NCBI RefSeq assembly: GCF_004102945.1
Contig: NZ_CP019384.1
Span: forward strand, 270,001-302,000
DNA from: Candidatus Velamenicoccus archaeovorus
Lineage (GTDB): Bacteria; Omnitrophota; Gorgyraeia; Velamenicoccales; Velamenicoccaceae
Direction of reading: 5' to 3'
Length of the DNA stretch: 32,000 nucleotides
Shown: positions 8,292-16,706 of the stretch, piece by piece
Layout of the letters: each line of letters opens with the position of its first letter
How positions within the stretch are numbered: the first letter of the stretch is position 1
Position numbers and translations under genes: made by a program
Notes under the pieces: model-generated
What the model saw: only the letters and a program-made list of their open reading frames with translations
Told to the model about the DNA's origin: nothing
Database searches by the model: none

Positions 8292-8402
8292 TGAGATGGC
8301 GAGATGTTCAGGGAATTCAAGCGCGCATGCCGGCAAAATTTGTTCAGGGGCAGGCCGAGACGGAAAATCCCGATGGCTTGCATTTTTGACAATGATTTTT
8401 AT

Positions 8403-8478
<76 letters not shown>

Positions 8479-8618
8479 TTTGAGAGTTACGTTTTATTCT
8501 TTCAAGTTCCGGTTTGTTACTGAGGTAAACCGGGATTTGAAGGCAACCCGAGCGGCACTGCTTCGAGCGAGGGTGCCCGGTTCCGGAGGAGCCGAGCGAA
8601 GGCGAGGCGGAGGAGGAA

Positions 8619-8657
8619 AAATCCCGTCTCCCGCTCCATTTGAGAGTTACGTTTTAT
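8619..8657 (+). repeat. Direct repeat of the tRNA-Gly 3' end plus 19 nt of its downstream flank
   Basis: aaatcccgtctcccgctccatttgagagttacgttttat is identical (39/39 by eye) to 8459..8497, offset 160 nt. Confidence 0.8.
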
Positions 8658-8736
8658 AAGTGCACACGGGATTTTCCCGCCTATGATTTTTTTCGAGGGC
8701 GGGATCCTACCCTTGTCTTTAACGAACAGGGCGGAA

Positions 8737-8754
8737 GAGGAAAAATCCCGTCTC
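8737..8754 (+). repeat. Third, partial copy of the tRNA-Gly 3'-end repeat
   Basis: gggcggaagaggaaaaatcccgtctc matches ggcggaggaggaaaaatcccgtctc at 8606..8630. It then diverges into a perfect 13-bp hairpin, ttggccaattttt...aaaaattggccaa. Confidence 0.6.
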
Positions 8755-8864
8755 TTGGCCAATTTTTGCGGCAGAGAAAAAAATTGGCCAATACCGAGAA
8801 GGCCGTTGTGAGCCGAGTGCGCAAGTCTCCTCGAAGAGGATAAGGCGAGCAGGCCGGAACGGTG

Positions 8865-8880
8865 CCGCTCCAATTTGTGA
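8865..8880 (+). repeat. Fourth, degenerate copy (acceptor 3' strand plus downstream flank)
   Basis: ccgctccaatttgtga versus ccgctcca-tttgaga at 8471..8485. Confidence 0.45.
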
Positions 8881-9082
8881 ATCGCCGTGCTGCTTGTGTG
8901 CGCGGTTTCGAAGAAATGGGTTCATCTAACCGCGGCTTTTTCATCCGGGCAAGATAAGGCCGCAAAAACCTAAGCCCCTCTGTTGGTTTGCTGCAGAGGA
9001 TCTCATTCCAGGCGTGACACCAGCCTTTCGCGATACGAAAATACAAATCAAGTTTTTACGATAACAAGGAGGGTAGGACCTG

Positions 9083-9553
9083 ATGAAAATCATGGATTTT
9101 CTTTCAGAGGAGGCGATAACGACCGACCTCAAAAGCGTCAACAAGACCGAGGCGATCAAAGAGCTGGTGGAGCTTTTGATTGTCAGCGGCGATGTTGATA
9201 AGAAAGACAAGAACAAGGTGGTGGAACTGCTTTTGGCGCGTGAAGCTTTGGGTTCGACGGCCATCGGGCATAACGTCGGTATCCCGCACGCCAAGGCGGA
9301 CTGCATCAAAAGCCTCGTCGGCGCGTTTGGCTTGTCGCGCAAGGGCGTGGATTTTGATTCGCTGGACGGCGAGCCTGTCTACATTTTCTTTTTGCTCCTG
9401 GCGCCCCAGGACTCCGCTGGCCCGCACCTCAAGGCGCTGGCAAGGATCTCGAGGCTGATCAAGGACAAGTATTTCCGCGATACTCTCAAGGCCGCCAAAG
9501 ACAAAAAAGACGTCATCAGGATCATCGAGACGGAAGATGATAAAAAATTATAA
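9083..9553 (+). CDS. ptsN: PTS EIIA-Ntr/fructose-family regulatory protein
   Basis: LLAREALGSTAIGHNVGIPHAKAD...EPVYIFFLLLAPQDSAGPHLKALARISRL aligns with the E. coli PtsN core, including the phosphorylatable His in GIPHAK. SD AAGGAGGG upstream. Confidence 0.85.
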   Translation: MKIMDFLSEEAITTDLKSVNKTEAIKELVELLIVSGDVDKKDKNKVVELLLAREALGSTAIGHNVGIPHAKADCIKSLVGAFGLSRKGVDFDSLDGEPVYIFFLLLAPQDSAGPHLKALARISRLIKDKYFRDTLKAAKDKKDVIRIIETEDDKKL

Positions 9554-10802
9554 GTTCAGGGCGTTCTTCAAATGGTTGTATCCCGGCATGCGTGTCAAGA
9601 GGTGGGCCTTCCTGTCTCTTTTAGGTCTTATCCTCATGATGGTGGGTGTGGGCGGGATCATGACTTATCGCGGCGGCCTGACCGCGCCGATCGCGTTCGT
9701 GTATTATGCCAACGTCCTGTTGGGCATTATGCTTTTGATTTCGGGGTTCAAGAACATGATGATTTCCGTCGTCTCCTTGATCCTTCCCCATAAGGACGGC
9801 CACCTGATCGATATCCTTTATCAGAAGAGATTCCTGGAGCATGGTCCCAGGATCGTGGCGATCGGAGGCGGGACGGGTTTGTCCGTTCTTCTGCACGGCA
9901 TCAAGGAATACACGTCTAACATTACGGCGGTCGTGACCGTGGCCGACGACGGAGGTTCTTCGGGCCGTCTGCGTCAGCAGTTCGATATCGTGGCGCCGGG
10001 CGACATCCGCAACTGCCTGGTGGCCCTGGCCAATGAAGAGACCATGATGAATCAGCTCTTCCAGTATCGTTTTGAAAAGGATACGGATTTCAGCGGGCAT
10101 AGTTTCGGCAACCTTTTCATTACGGCGATGACGCAAGTGACGGGGGATTTTGAGAAGGCATTGAAGGAATCCAGCAAGGTTCTGTCGATCCGCGGACGGG
10201 TGCTGCCGTCTACCCTGGAAAAGGTGGTTCTGGCGGCGGAACATGCCGACGGCCGCCTGACAGAAGGAGAAGCCCAGATCCCGAAGGCAGGATCTCCCAT
10301 AAAAAAGATTTTTATCCGGCCGAACAGCGCTTCGGCCGCACCAGATGCCGTCCGGGCAATCCTTGAGGCGGAGCTGATCATCCTCGGCCCGGGGAGCCTT
10401 TACACGAGCATTATCCCAAATCTCCTGATCAGGGAGATTCGGGAGGCCGTGGTCGCCTCGCAGGTCTCCAAGATCTATGTCTGCAATATCATGACGCAGC
10501 CCGGAGAGACGAACGGCTTTAAGGCTTCCGATCACATCGGGGAACTGGTGAAACATACGCACCCGAAGATTTTGGACGCCTGCATCGTGAACACCGGCAG
10601 CGTGCCCGTCTGCCTTCTCGATAAGTATGGTCGGGAATCTTCTGTTCCCGTTGAGGCCGATACCCAGGCGATCAAGGACATGGGATACGGCGTCATCGAG
10701 GAGGACCTGGTCAGCGCAAGCGATCATGTCAGGCACGACGCCGGCAAGCTGGCCAGGATTGTGGCGGATTTGTTGAATTTACAACGCGCGGGGAATTCCT
10801 GA
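9537..10802 (+). CDS. YvcK/CofD-like (UPF0052, gluconeogenesis-factor family) protein with an N-terminal membrane anchor
   Basis: IVAIGGGTGLSVLLHGIKEYTSNITAVVTVADDGGSSGRLR...GDIRNCLVALA...ILGPGSLYTSIIPNLL are YvcK family motifs. The first roughly 85 aa contain two hydrophobic helices (WAFLSLLGLILMMVGVGGIMTY and IAFVYYANVLLGIMLLISGF). Overlaps the ptsN end by 17 nt. Confidence 0.85.
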   Translation: MIKNYKFRAFFKWLYPGMRVKRWAFLSLLGLILMMVGVGGIMTYRGGLTAPIAFVYYANVLLGIMLLISGFKNMMISVVSLILPHKDGHLIDILYQKRFLEHGPRIVAIGGGTGLSVLLHGIKEYTSNITAVVTVADDGGSSGRLRQQFDIVAPGDIRNCLVALANEETMMNQLFQYRFEKDTDFSGHSFGNLFITAMTQVTGDFEKALKESSKVLSIRGRVLPSTLEKVVLAAEHADGRLTEGEAQIPKAGSPIKKIFIRPNSASAAPDAVRAILEAELIILGPGSLYTSIIPNLLIREIREAVVASQVSKIYVCNIMTQPGETNGFKASDHIGELVKHTHPKILDACIVNTGSVPVCLLDKYGRESSVPVEADTQAIKDMGYGVIEEDLVSASDHVRHDAGKLARIVADLLNLQRAGNS

Positions 10803-10894
10803 TCCTTTTGCCAGAGTTCCCTGTCCGCCCGGGGCGGCCAGGGGCGAACAAAAGAGATCCACGGGTCATGCCTGTTGGGCTCCAGAAGTTTTTC

Positions 10895-11161
10895 ATGATC
10901 AAGAGAGTGGAAAGAAAAGTCAAGGTCAATAACAAACAGGGATTGCATGCCAGACCTGCGGCGCTTTTTGTCCAGATCGCCAATAAATATGATTCGGCGA
11001 TCAAGGTGGTCAAGGACAATGAGGTCGTTAACGGCAAATCCATTATGGGCATCCTGATGCTGGCGGCAGAAAAAGACTGCGAGATCACGATCGTCGCCGA
11101 AGGCGCCGACGCGGAGCAGGCCGTCAATGAACTGGAAGTTCTGTTGAGATCCGATGAATGA
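10895..11161 (+). CDS. ptsH: Phosphocarrier protein HPr
   Basis: MIKRVERKVKVNNKQGLHARPAALFV (His15 context) and VNGKSIMGILML (Ser46 context). The track ORF starts at 10808, but homology begins at the ATG at 10895. An alternative ATG is at 10868, and the start is uncertain because there is no clear SD. Confidence 0.85.
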   Translation: MIKRVERKVKVNNKQGLHARPAALFVQIANKYDSAIKVVKDNEVVNGKSIMGILMLAAEKDCEITIVAEGADAEQAVNELEVLLRSDE

Positions 11162-12905
11162 GAATATTTTAAAAGGCATACCGGCAGCGCCGGGGATCGT
11201 GGTGGGCAAGGCCTTCGTTTTCGGCAAGGAAGACCTGGATGTCGCCCCCATCGACATTACGGAAGACCAGGTCCCTCTGGAGATTTCCCGTTTTGAAGAC
11301 GCGTTGATCCAGACGCGCCAGGAGATCATCGCGCTACAGAAGAAGATCGCCGCCGATATGGGCAGCGAACACGGCGAGGTGTTCGATGCGCATCTTTTGG
11401 TCCTGGAAGACCGCATGCTGATCGAGGAGGTCATCTCCCGCGTCAAAAAAGAAAAGCTTAATATCGATTATATCTTTTCGCAGGTGTTGAAGCGTTATGC
11501 CCACGTTTTTTCCAAGATCGAGGACGAATACCTCAAGGAGCGCATCAGCGATATCAATGATGTCGGCCGCAGGATCCTGCGCAACCTTCTGGGCCGGATG
11601 AGAAAAGGCCTGGCAGAGCTTGAGGACGAGGTGGTGGTGGTGGCCCACGATCTTTCTCCGTCGGATACCGCCTCGATGCACAAGAACCGCGTGAAGGGAT
11701 TTATCACGGACATCGGCGGTAAGACATCGCATACCGCCATCATGGCCAAGTCGCTGGAGATCCCCGCTGTCGTCGGTCTTGAGATAGCGACCGAACAGAT
11801 CAAGAACGGCGACATCGTGATCGTTGACGGGGCTTCCGGGACCGTGATCGTGTCTCCGGATGCCGACACCCTCAAGAAATATCAGGTCCAGGAAGAAAAA
11901 CTCAAAGGACAGACGGAGACGCTGGCCGCCATCAGGAACCTCCCGGCCCAAACCACGGATGGCCGGCATGTGACATTGGCGGCCAATATCGAATTTCCGG
12001 ACGAGATCCCTTCTGTCCTGGAGCATGGTGCCGACGGGGTCGGCCTCTACAGAACGGAATATTTCTACATGAACCGCAAGGACCTGCCGGTGGAAGATGA
12101 GCAGTTCGAGGCCTACAAGAACCTGGCGACGACCTTTGGAGATAAGCCGGTGATCGTGCGCACGCTGGACCTAGGCGGGGATAAGTTTATTTCCCAGTTC
12201 AACCTGCCGAAGGAGATGTCGCCTTTCATGGGGTGGCGCGCGATCCGTTTTTGTCTGGGCCGGCCCGACATCTTCAAGACCCAGCTGCGCGCGATCCTGC
12301 GCGCGTCCGTCTTCGGGAATCTGAAGATCATGTTCCCCATGATTTCCGGCGTTGAGGAACTCAGGCGCGCCAAAGAGATGGTGGAAGAGGCAAAAAAAGA
12401 GCTTAAAGGGCGGGGCATTGCCTATAACGCCGGCATCGAGATCGGCGCCATGATCGAAGTGCCGTCGGCGGCGCTGACCAGCGATGTCCTGGCGCGCGAG
12501 GTCGGTTTCTTCAGCATCGGCACCAACGATCTGATCCAATACGCCTTGGCTGTCGATCGCACAAACGAAAAGATCGCTTACCTGTACGAACCGACGCATC
12601 CGGCGGTCCTGCGTCTTGTGAAGAATGTCGTCGAGGCGGGCCACCGCGCCAATATCTGGGTGGGAATGTGCGGTGAAATGTCGAGTGAGCCTTCGTTGGC
12701 CATTTTGCTTTTGGGACTGGGCTTGGATGAGTTCAGCATGCCTTCGGCGAGTTTGCTTGAGATCAAGAATGTGATCCGTGCCATCAGCTATGAAACGGCC
12801 AAGAAGATTGCCGAGGAGGCTTTGGGTCTGGCGACGGGCCAGGAGGTCAACACATTTTTGACGAGCCGATTGAAAGATCTTCTTCCGCAGATGTACGGGA
12901 ACTAG
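11154..12905 (+). CDS. ptsI: Phosphoenolpyruvate-protein phosphotransferase (PTS Enzyme I)
   Basis: 583 aa. GGKTSHTAIMAKSLEIPAVVG (active-site His), LYRTEYFYM, IRTLDLGGDK, FFSIGTNDLIQY and MCGEM are all canonical EI blocks. Overlaps ptsH by 8 nt. Confidence 0.93.
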   Translation: MNENILKGIPAAPGIVVGKAFVFGKEDLDVAPIDITEDQVPLEISRFEDALIQTRQEIIALQKKIAADMGSEHGEVFDAHLLVLEDRMLIEEVISRVKKEKLNIDYIFSQVLKRYAHVFSKIEDEYLKERISDINDVGRRILRNLLGRMRKGLAELEDEVVVVAHDLSPSDTASMHKNRVKGFITDIGGKTSHTAIMAKSLEIPAVVGLEIATEQIKNGDIVIVDGASGTVIVSPDADTLKKYQVQEEKLKGQTETLAAIRNLPAQTTDGRHVTLAANIEFPDEIPSVLEHGADGVGLYRTEYFYMNRKDLPVEDEQFEAYKNLATTFGDKPVIVRTLDLGGDKFISQFNLPKEMSPFMGWRAIRFCLGRPDIFKTQLRAILRASVFGNLKIMFPMISGVEELRRAKEMVEEAKKELKGRGIAYNAGIEIGAMIEVPSAALTSDVLAREVGFFSIGTNDLIQYALAVDRTNEKIAYLYEPTHPAVLRLVKNVVEAGHRANIWVGMCGEMSSEPSLAILLLGLGLDEFSMPSASLLEIKNVIRAISYETAKKIAEEALGLATGQEVNTFLTSRLKDLLPQMYGN

Positions 12906-12919
12906 CCTGATTCAGAAAG

Positions 12920-13708
12920 ATGAAAAAGCGACCGCAGGAGACGTCGGGTTCTCTGGAGGCCATCATCCTGGCCGCCGGTTATGCCACGCGGCTGTATCCG
13001 TTGACGCTGGGGATCCCGAAGCCGCTCTTGCGGATCACGAGCGACAAGACGGTGATCGATCTGATCGTCGACGGCCTTGTGTCTGCGGGCATCGTGCGGC
13101 GCATCACGGTGGTCACGAACCATAAGTTCAGCGGCGATTTTAACGCATGGGCGCGGCGTCATCCGCATGGCCGTCTGATCCGTATCGAGGACGACGGTAC
13201 CCTCTCCAATGAAGACCGGCTGGGGGCGATCGGCGACATTCACTACGTCGTCACCAAGAAGAAGATCAAAGACGATGTTCTCGTCGTCGGCGGAGATAAT
13301 CTTTTCGGCAGGCCGTTTGACGGCTTTATCCGGTTTGCCAGGCGGCATCGGCCGTACGCCTCTCTGGGGCTGTTTGACATCAGAGATAAAACGAAAGCCG
13401 GCCGTTTCGGTGTCGTCAGCATCAACAGAGACGACAGGGTTGTCCGGTTCGAAGAAAAGCCCGAGCGCCCGGCCTCGACGCTTGTGGCCACATGCCTGTA
13501 TTATTTTCCGGCCTCGACGCTCCAGGACCTTGAGGTCTATGCGCAGGACAAGACGACATCCAATGACGCCTCGGGCAACTATATCCGCTGGCTCATGGAG
13601 AAGGGCCGCGTCTATGGCCTTGTGTTGAAACAAGACCATTGGGTCGACATCGGCCACTTGGATTCGTATAAGCAGGTGATCGGCAGGTATAATGGGGAGA
13701 TGACATAG
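12920..13708 (+). CDS. Sugar-phosphate nucleotidyltransferase (NTP_transferase family), substrate unknown
   Basis: The N-terminal AIILAAGYATRLYPLTLGIPKPLL is the G-x-G-T-R-L-x-P-L-T nucleotidyltransferase signature. 262 aa. Confidence 0.8.
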   Translation: MKKRPQETSGSLEAIILAAGYATRLYPLTLGIPKPLLRITSDKTVIDLIVDGLVSAGIVRRITVVTNHKFSGDFNAWARRHPHGRLIRIEDDGTLSNEDRLGAIGDIHYVVTKKKIKDDVLVVGGDNLFGRPFDGFIRFARRHRPYASLGLFDIRDKTKAGRFGVVSINRDDRVVRFEEKPERPASTLVATCLYYFPASTLQDLEVYAQDKTTSNDASGNYIRWLMEKGRVYGLVLKQDHWVDIGHLDSYKQVIGRYNGEMT

Positions 13709-13770
13709 GTCATACTGTTAAGAAAAATATATTTATAGAAAGCAAAATCAACATTATCCCTTGCGTAATC

Positions 13771-13877
13771 ATCTTGAAAATTTTTGTCTGCACCCAGCCT
13801 CGCCAGAGCTTCGGCGGGCATCCATAAATTTTCAAGATACGCTTCGGGATTAATCCGCCGGAGGCGGATTAAGGAGG
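13771..13877 (+). promoter_or_regulatory. Structured metK leader: a 13-bp perfect stem enclosing 42 nt, then a 10-bp hairpin touching the SD
   Basis: atcttgaaaattt (13771..13783) / aaattttcaagat (13826..13838). The second hairpin is ttaatccgcc-gga-ggcggattaa (13850..13872), whose 3' arm runs into the AAGGAGG SD (13871..13877). Confidence 0.45.
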
Positions 13878-13885
13878 AATCTTAA

Positions 13886-15049
13886 ATGACGAACAGGAAA
13901 TATTTTTTTGCGTCGGAGTCCGTAGGCGAGGGGCATCCCGATAAGGTGTGTGATCAGATCTCGGACGCTGTCTTGGACGAGGTGCTCAAGAATGACGAAA
14001 AGGGGCGGGTGGCCTGCGAAACGTATGTGACGATGGGCCTGATCATTGTCGGCGGCGAGATCACCACCAGGTCTCATATCGATATCCATGGTCTTACGCG
14101 CCGCGTCCTGGAGAACATCGGTTATACGCACCCCAAGTACGGGTTCGATTTTCATACCTGCGCCATCCTGAATGCGATCAACAGGCAATCTCCAGATATC
14201 TCCCAGGGCGTTGACGCCGGCGGCGCCGGAGACCAGGGCATCATGATCGGTTATGCCAATGACGAGACCGATGAGCTTATGCCGTTGCCGATCATGCTGG
14301 CGCATAAGCTGGTGCGCCGTTTTGCCCAGGTGCGCAAAGAGGGGATCCTGCCCTATCTGGGGCCTGATTGCAAATCCCAGGTGACCGTTGAATACGAGGG
14401 CGGCTTGCCCAAGAGGGTCGACAATGTCGTTTTGGCCTGTCAGCATACCGAGGACATCCTGGATAAGTCCGGCAATAAAATCACGAAAAAAGCCCGCCAG
14501 GAGATCATCGATGTCGTGGGCGGACCCGTCCTCAAGGGGCTCGTGGATGCCAAGACCACTTATTTCGTCAACGAGACAGGCAAGTTCGTGATTGGCGGCC
14601 CGCAGTCGGATACGGGGATGACCGGCCGCAAGATCGTCGTCGATACCTATGGCGGCGTTACGTCGCACGGCGGCGGCGCTTTTTCCGGAAAAGATCCGAC
14701 CAAGGTCGACCGCTCGGCGACATATATGGCGCGTTACATCGCCAAGAACATCGTGGCCGCCAGGCTCGCCAAGAGATGTTTCATCCAGCTGGCTTATTGT
14801 ATCGGCAAGGCGGAGCCGGTGAGCCTTTTCATCGACACCTTTGGGACAGGGCAGGCGTCGGATGAAAAGATCGAGTTGGCCGTGCGCAAGATCTTTGATC
14901 TGACGCCGCAGGGGATCATCAGGCATCTCGATCTGCGCAAGCCCAAGTATCTGGCGACGGCCTGCTACGGCCACTTCGGCCGCAGCGAAGAGAGCTTTAC
15001 GTGGGAAAAGACGGACAAGGTGGAAGCGCTGAAGAAAGAGGTTAAGTAA
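13886..15049 (+). CDS. metK: S-adenosylmethionine synthetase
   Basis: [25 protein letters not shown]...[12 protein letters not shown]...[17 protein letters not shown] are canonical MetK motifs. Confidence 0.97.
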   Translation: MTNRKYFFASESVGEGHPDKVCDQISDAVLDEVLKNDEKGRVACETYVTMGLIIVGGEITTRSHIDIHGLTRRVLENIGYTHPKYGFDFHTCAILNAINRQSPDISQGVDAGGAGDQGIMIGYANDETDELMPLPIMLAHKLVRRFAQVRKEGILPYLGPDCKSQVTVEYEGGLPKRVDNVVLACQHTEDILDKSGNKITKKARQEIIDVVGGPVLKGLVDAKTTYFVNETGKFVIGGPQSDTGMTGRKIVVDTYGGVTSHGGGAFSGKDPTKVDRSATYMARYIAKNIVAARLAKRCFIQLAYCIGKAEPVSLFIDTFGTGQASDEKIELAVRKIFDLTPQGIIRHLDLRKPKYLATACYGHFGRSEESFTWEKTDKVEALKKEVK

Positions 15050-15071
15050 AAAATCGTTCATTGAGTTGATA

Positions 15072-15138
15072 GAGTTCGTTGAGTTTGTTTTGAGTGAAGC
15101 CCGCGTGTCGTTTTTAGCCCAAGAGACTCAACGAACTC
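15072..15138 (+). promoter_or_regulatory. ahcY leader: a 13-bp perfect stem enclosing 41 nt, built from GTTCRTTGAGTT boxes
   Basis: gagttcgttgagt (15072..15084) / actcaacgaactc (15126..15138). A further direct copy, gttcattgagtt, lies at 15056..15067. Confidence 0.45.
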
Positions 15139-15177
15139 AAAAAACTCGACAAACTTTTGGTTAAATAGAGGAGACAG

Positions 15178-16425
15178 ATGCCTTACGATATCAAGGATGC
15201 GTCGTTGAGCAAAAAGGGAAGGCTTAGGATCGAGTGGGCGGACGATAACATGCCGGTCCTGAATCTTATCCGCAAGAGATTCGCTAAAGAAAAACCGCTG
15301 GCCGGGACAAAGGTCGCCTGCTGTCTGCACGTGACCACGGAGACCGCCGTTCTCATGCTGACGCTCAAGGCGGGCGGCGCGCAGGTGAGCCTGTGCGCAT
15401 CCAATCCGCTCTCGACGCAGGACGACGTGGCGGCATCTCTCGCCAAAGATTACGGGATCCCTGTGTTTGCCATCAAAGGGGAGGATCATAAAAGGTATTA
15501 CAAGCATATCGAGGCCGTTCTGGCCACAGAGCCTGACTTGACGATGGACGACGGCGCCGACCTAGTTTCGGTCATCCATAAGAGGAAAGGGCATATTCCT
15601 TTGGGCGGGACGGAGGAGACGACGACGGGCGTCATCCGCCTGCGGGCCATGGAGAAAGAAAAGAAGCTTCTTTATCCTATTATCGCCGTCAACGACGCCC
15701 AGACGAAATACCTTTTCGATAACCGTTACGGCACGGGACAGTCGACGATCGACGGCATCATCCGCGCGACGAACAAGCTCGTCGCAGGCACGAATTTTGT
15801 CGTCTGTGGTTACGGCTGGTGCGGCCGCGGCGCCGCCATGCGCGCCAAGGGGCTGGGCGCCAACGTGATCGTCATCGAGGTGGATCCTTTCAAAGCCTTG
15901 GAAGCGGTCATGGACGGTTTCCAGGTGATGCCCATCGCCCGCGCGGCGAAGATCGGCGATATTTTTTTGACGGTCACAGGTGATATCAACGTGATCAGAC
16001 CCGAGCATTTCCTTGTCATGAAGGACAAGGCGATCGTCTGCAATTCCGGGCATTTCAATGTCGAGATCGATATCCCCGGCTTGCGCCGGTTGAGCCGCAA
16101 ACAGCGCATGACCCGCGATTTTGTCGAGGAGTTCATTTTGCGCGACGGCCGCAGGATTTATCTTCTCGGAGACGGCCGCCTGATCAACCTGGCCGCCGCC
16201 GAAGGGCATCCGGCACAGGTCATGGACATGAGTTTTGCCAACCAGGCCCTGTCTGCGGAATTCATGAAGAAGAATTGCCGCAAGCTTGAGAAAAAAGTGT
16301 ATAAAGTTCCCGTCGACATCGACCGCCGCATCGCAGAATTGAAGTTGGATTCCATGGGGGTTACGATCGACCGCCTGACGATGGAACAGAAGAAGTATCT
16401 GGCAAGCTGGGAGATGGGCACGTAG
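15178..16425 (+). CDS. ahcY: Adenosylhomocysteinase (short, 415-aa type)
   Basis: [26 protein letters not shown]...[11 protein letters not shown]...GYGWCGRG (NAD site)...[10 protein letters not shown]...[21 protein letters not shown]. Ends in ...LASWEMGT. Confidence 0.95.
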   Translation: MPYDIKDASLSKKGRLRIEWADDNMPVLNLIRKRFAKEKPLAGTKVACCLHVTTETAVLMLTLKAGGAQVSLCASNPLSTQDDVAASLAKDYGIPVFAIKGEDHKRYYKHIEAVLATEPDLTMDDGADLVSVIHKRKGHIPLGGTEETTTGVIRLRAMEKEKKLLYPIIAVNDAQTKYLFDNRYGTGQSTIDGIIRATNKLVAGTNFVVCGYGWCGRGAAMRAKGLGANVIVIEVDPFKALEAVMDGFQVMPIARAAKIGDIFLTVTGDINVIRPEHFLVMKDKAIVCNSGHFNVEIDIPGLRRLSRKQRMTRDFVEEFILRDGRRIYLLGDGRLINLAAAEGHPAQVMDMSFANQALSAEFMKKNCRKLEKKVYKVPVDIDRRIAELKLDSMGVTIDRLTMEQKKYLASWEMGT

Positions 16426-16485
16426 TGCGGCGCATAGTGCCCGACATCAAGGAACGCCCCTCGTCCAAAAGTCGGACTCGGGGTT

Positions 16486-16546
16486 ATTCGGCCAGGCAAC
16501 TTATGTTCACTCGCGTTGCTCGTTCCTTAAGTTGCGGCCTCATTAA
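16486..16546. repeat. Palindromic repeat family copy
   Basis: attcGGCCagGCAACTTAtG-ttcactcgcgttgctcgttc-CtTAAGTTGC-GGCCTCATTaa. Confidence 0.7.
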
Positions 16547-16651
16547 GAGATGGGCACGTAGTGCGGCGCATAGCGCCAGACATCAAGGAATTGTCCCGAC
16601 AACAAAACGCATCAAAAATTTCTTTGAAATTTTTTCGCTGTTGTCGGGATC

Positions 16652-16706
16652 AATTCGGCCGGCAAGCTTATGTTCACGTATGTTCCATAAGCTTGGGCCT
16701 CATTGG
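16652..16706. repeat. Palindromic repeat family copy
   Basis: aattcGGCCgGCAAGCTTATG-ttcacgtatgttc-CATAAGCTTGgGCCTCATTgg. The arm carries compensating C-to-G changes relative to the other copies (AGCTT/AAGCT), which preserves pairing. Confidence 0.7.

Noticed and set aside
7782-8391. TTGACA hexamers at 7782, 8011 and 8386 as tRNA promoters
   Set aside because: None has a plausible -10 at 16-18 nt. The one at 8386 lies only 11 nt before the mature tRNA-Gly 5' end. They are part of the repeated atttttgacaat motif instead.
8880-9082. Sigma-54 promoter upstream of ptsN (ttggtttgctgca)
   Set aside because: The GG and GC elements are only 4-7 nt apart rather than the required GG-N10-GC spacing.
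8517-9342. Several 66-133-aa ORFs on both strands in the tRNA island and upstream of ptsN
   Set aside because: They overlap each other, the tRNA-derived repeats and ptsN itself. They have no SD or homology signal, and their composition is typical of non-coding GC-rich sequence.
13709-13885. Canonical SAM-I (S-box) riboswitch upstream of metK, and SAH riboswitch upstream of ahcY (15050..15177)
   Set aside because: I cannot find the conserved core sequences of these classes as I recall them. The structures are therefore reported only as unclassified candidates, and a covariance-model scan is needed to decide.
13850-15061. 403-aa - strand ORF spanning the whole of metK (similar cases: 9621..10736, 19902..20756, 23858..24631, 15562..16209, 26495..27214)
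   Set aside because: All are antisense shadows of unmistakable housekeeping genes. They show no recognisable motifs, no SD and biased Arg/Asp/Gly/His composition. Their abundance tracks GC3 and they disappear in the low-GC aroE.
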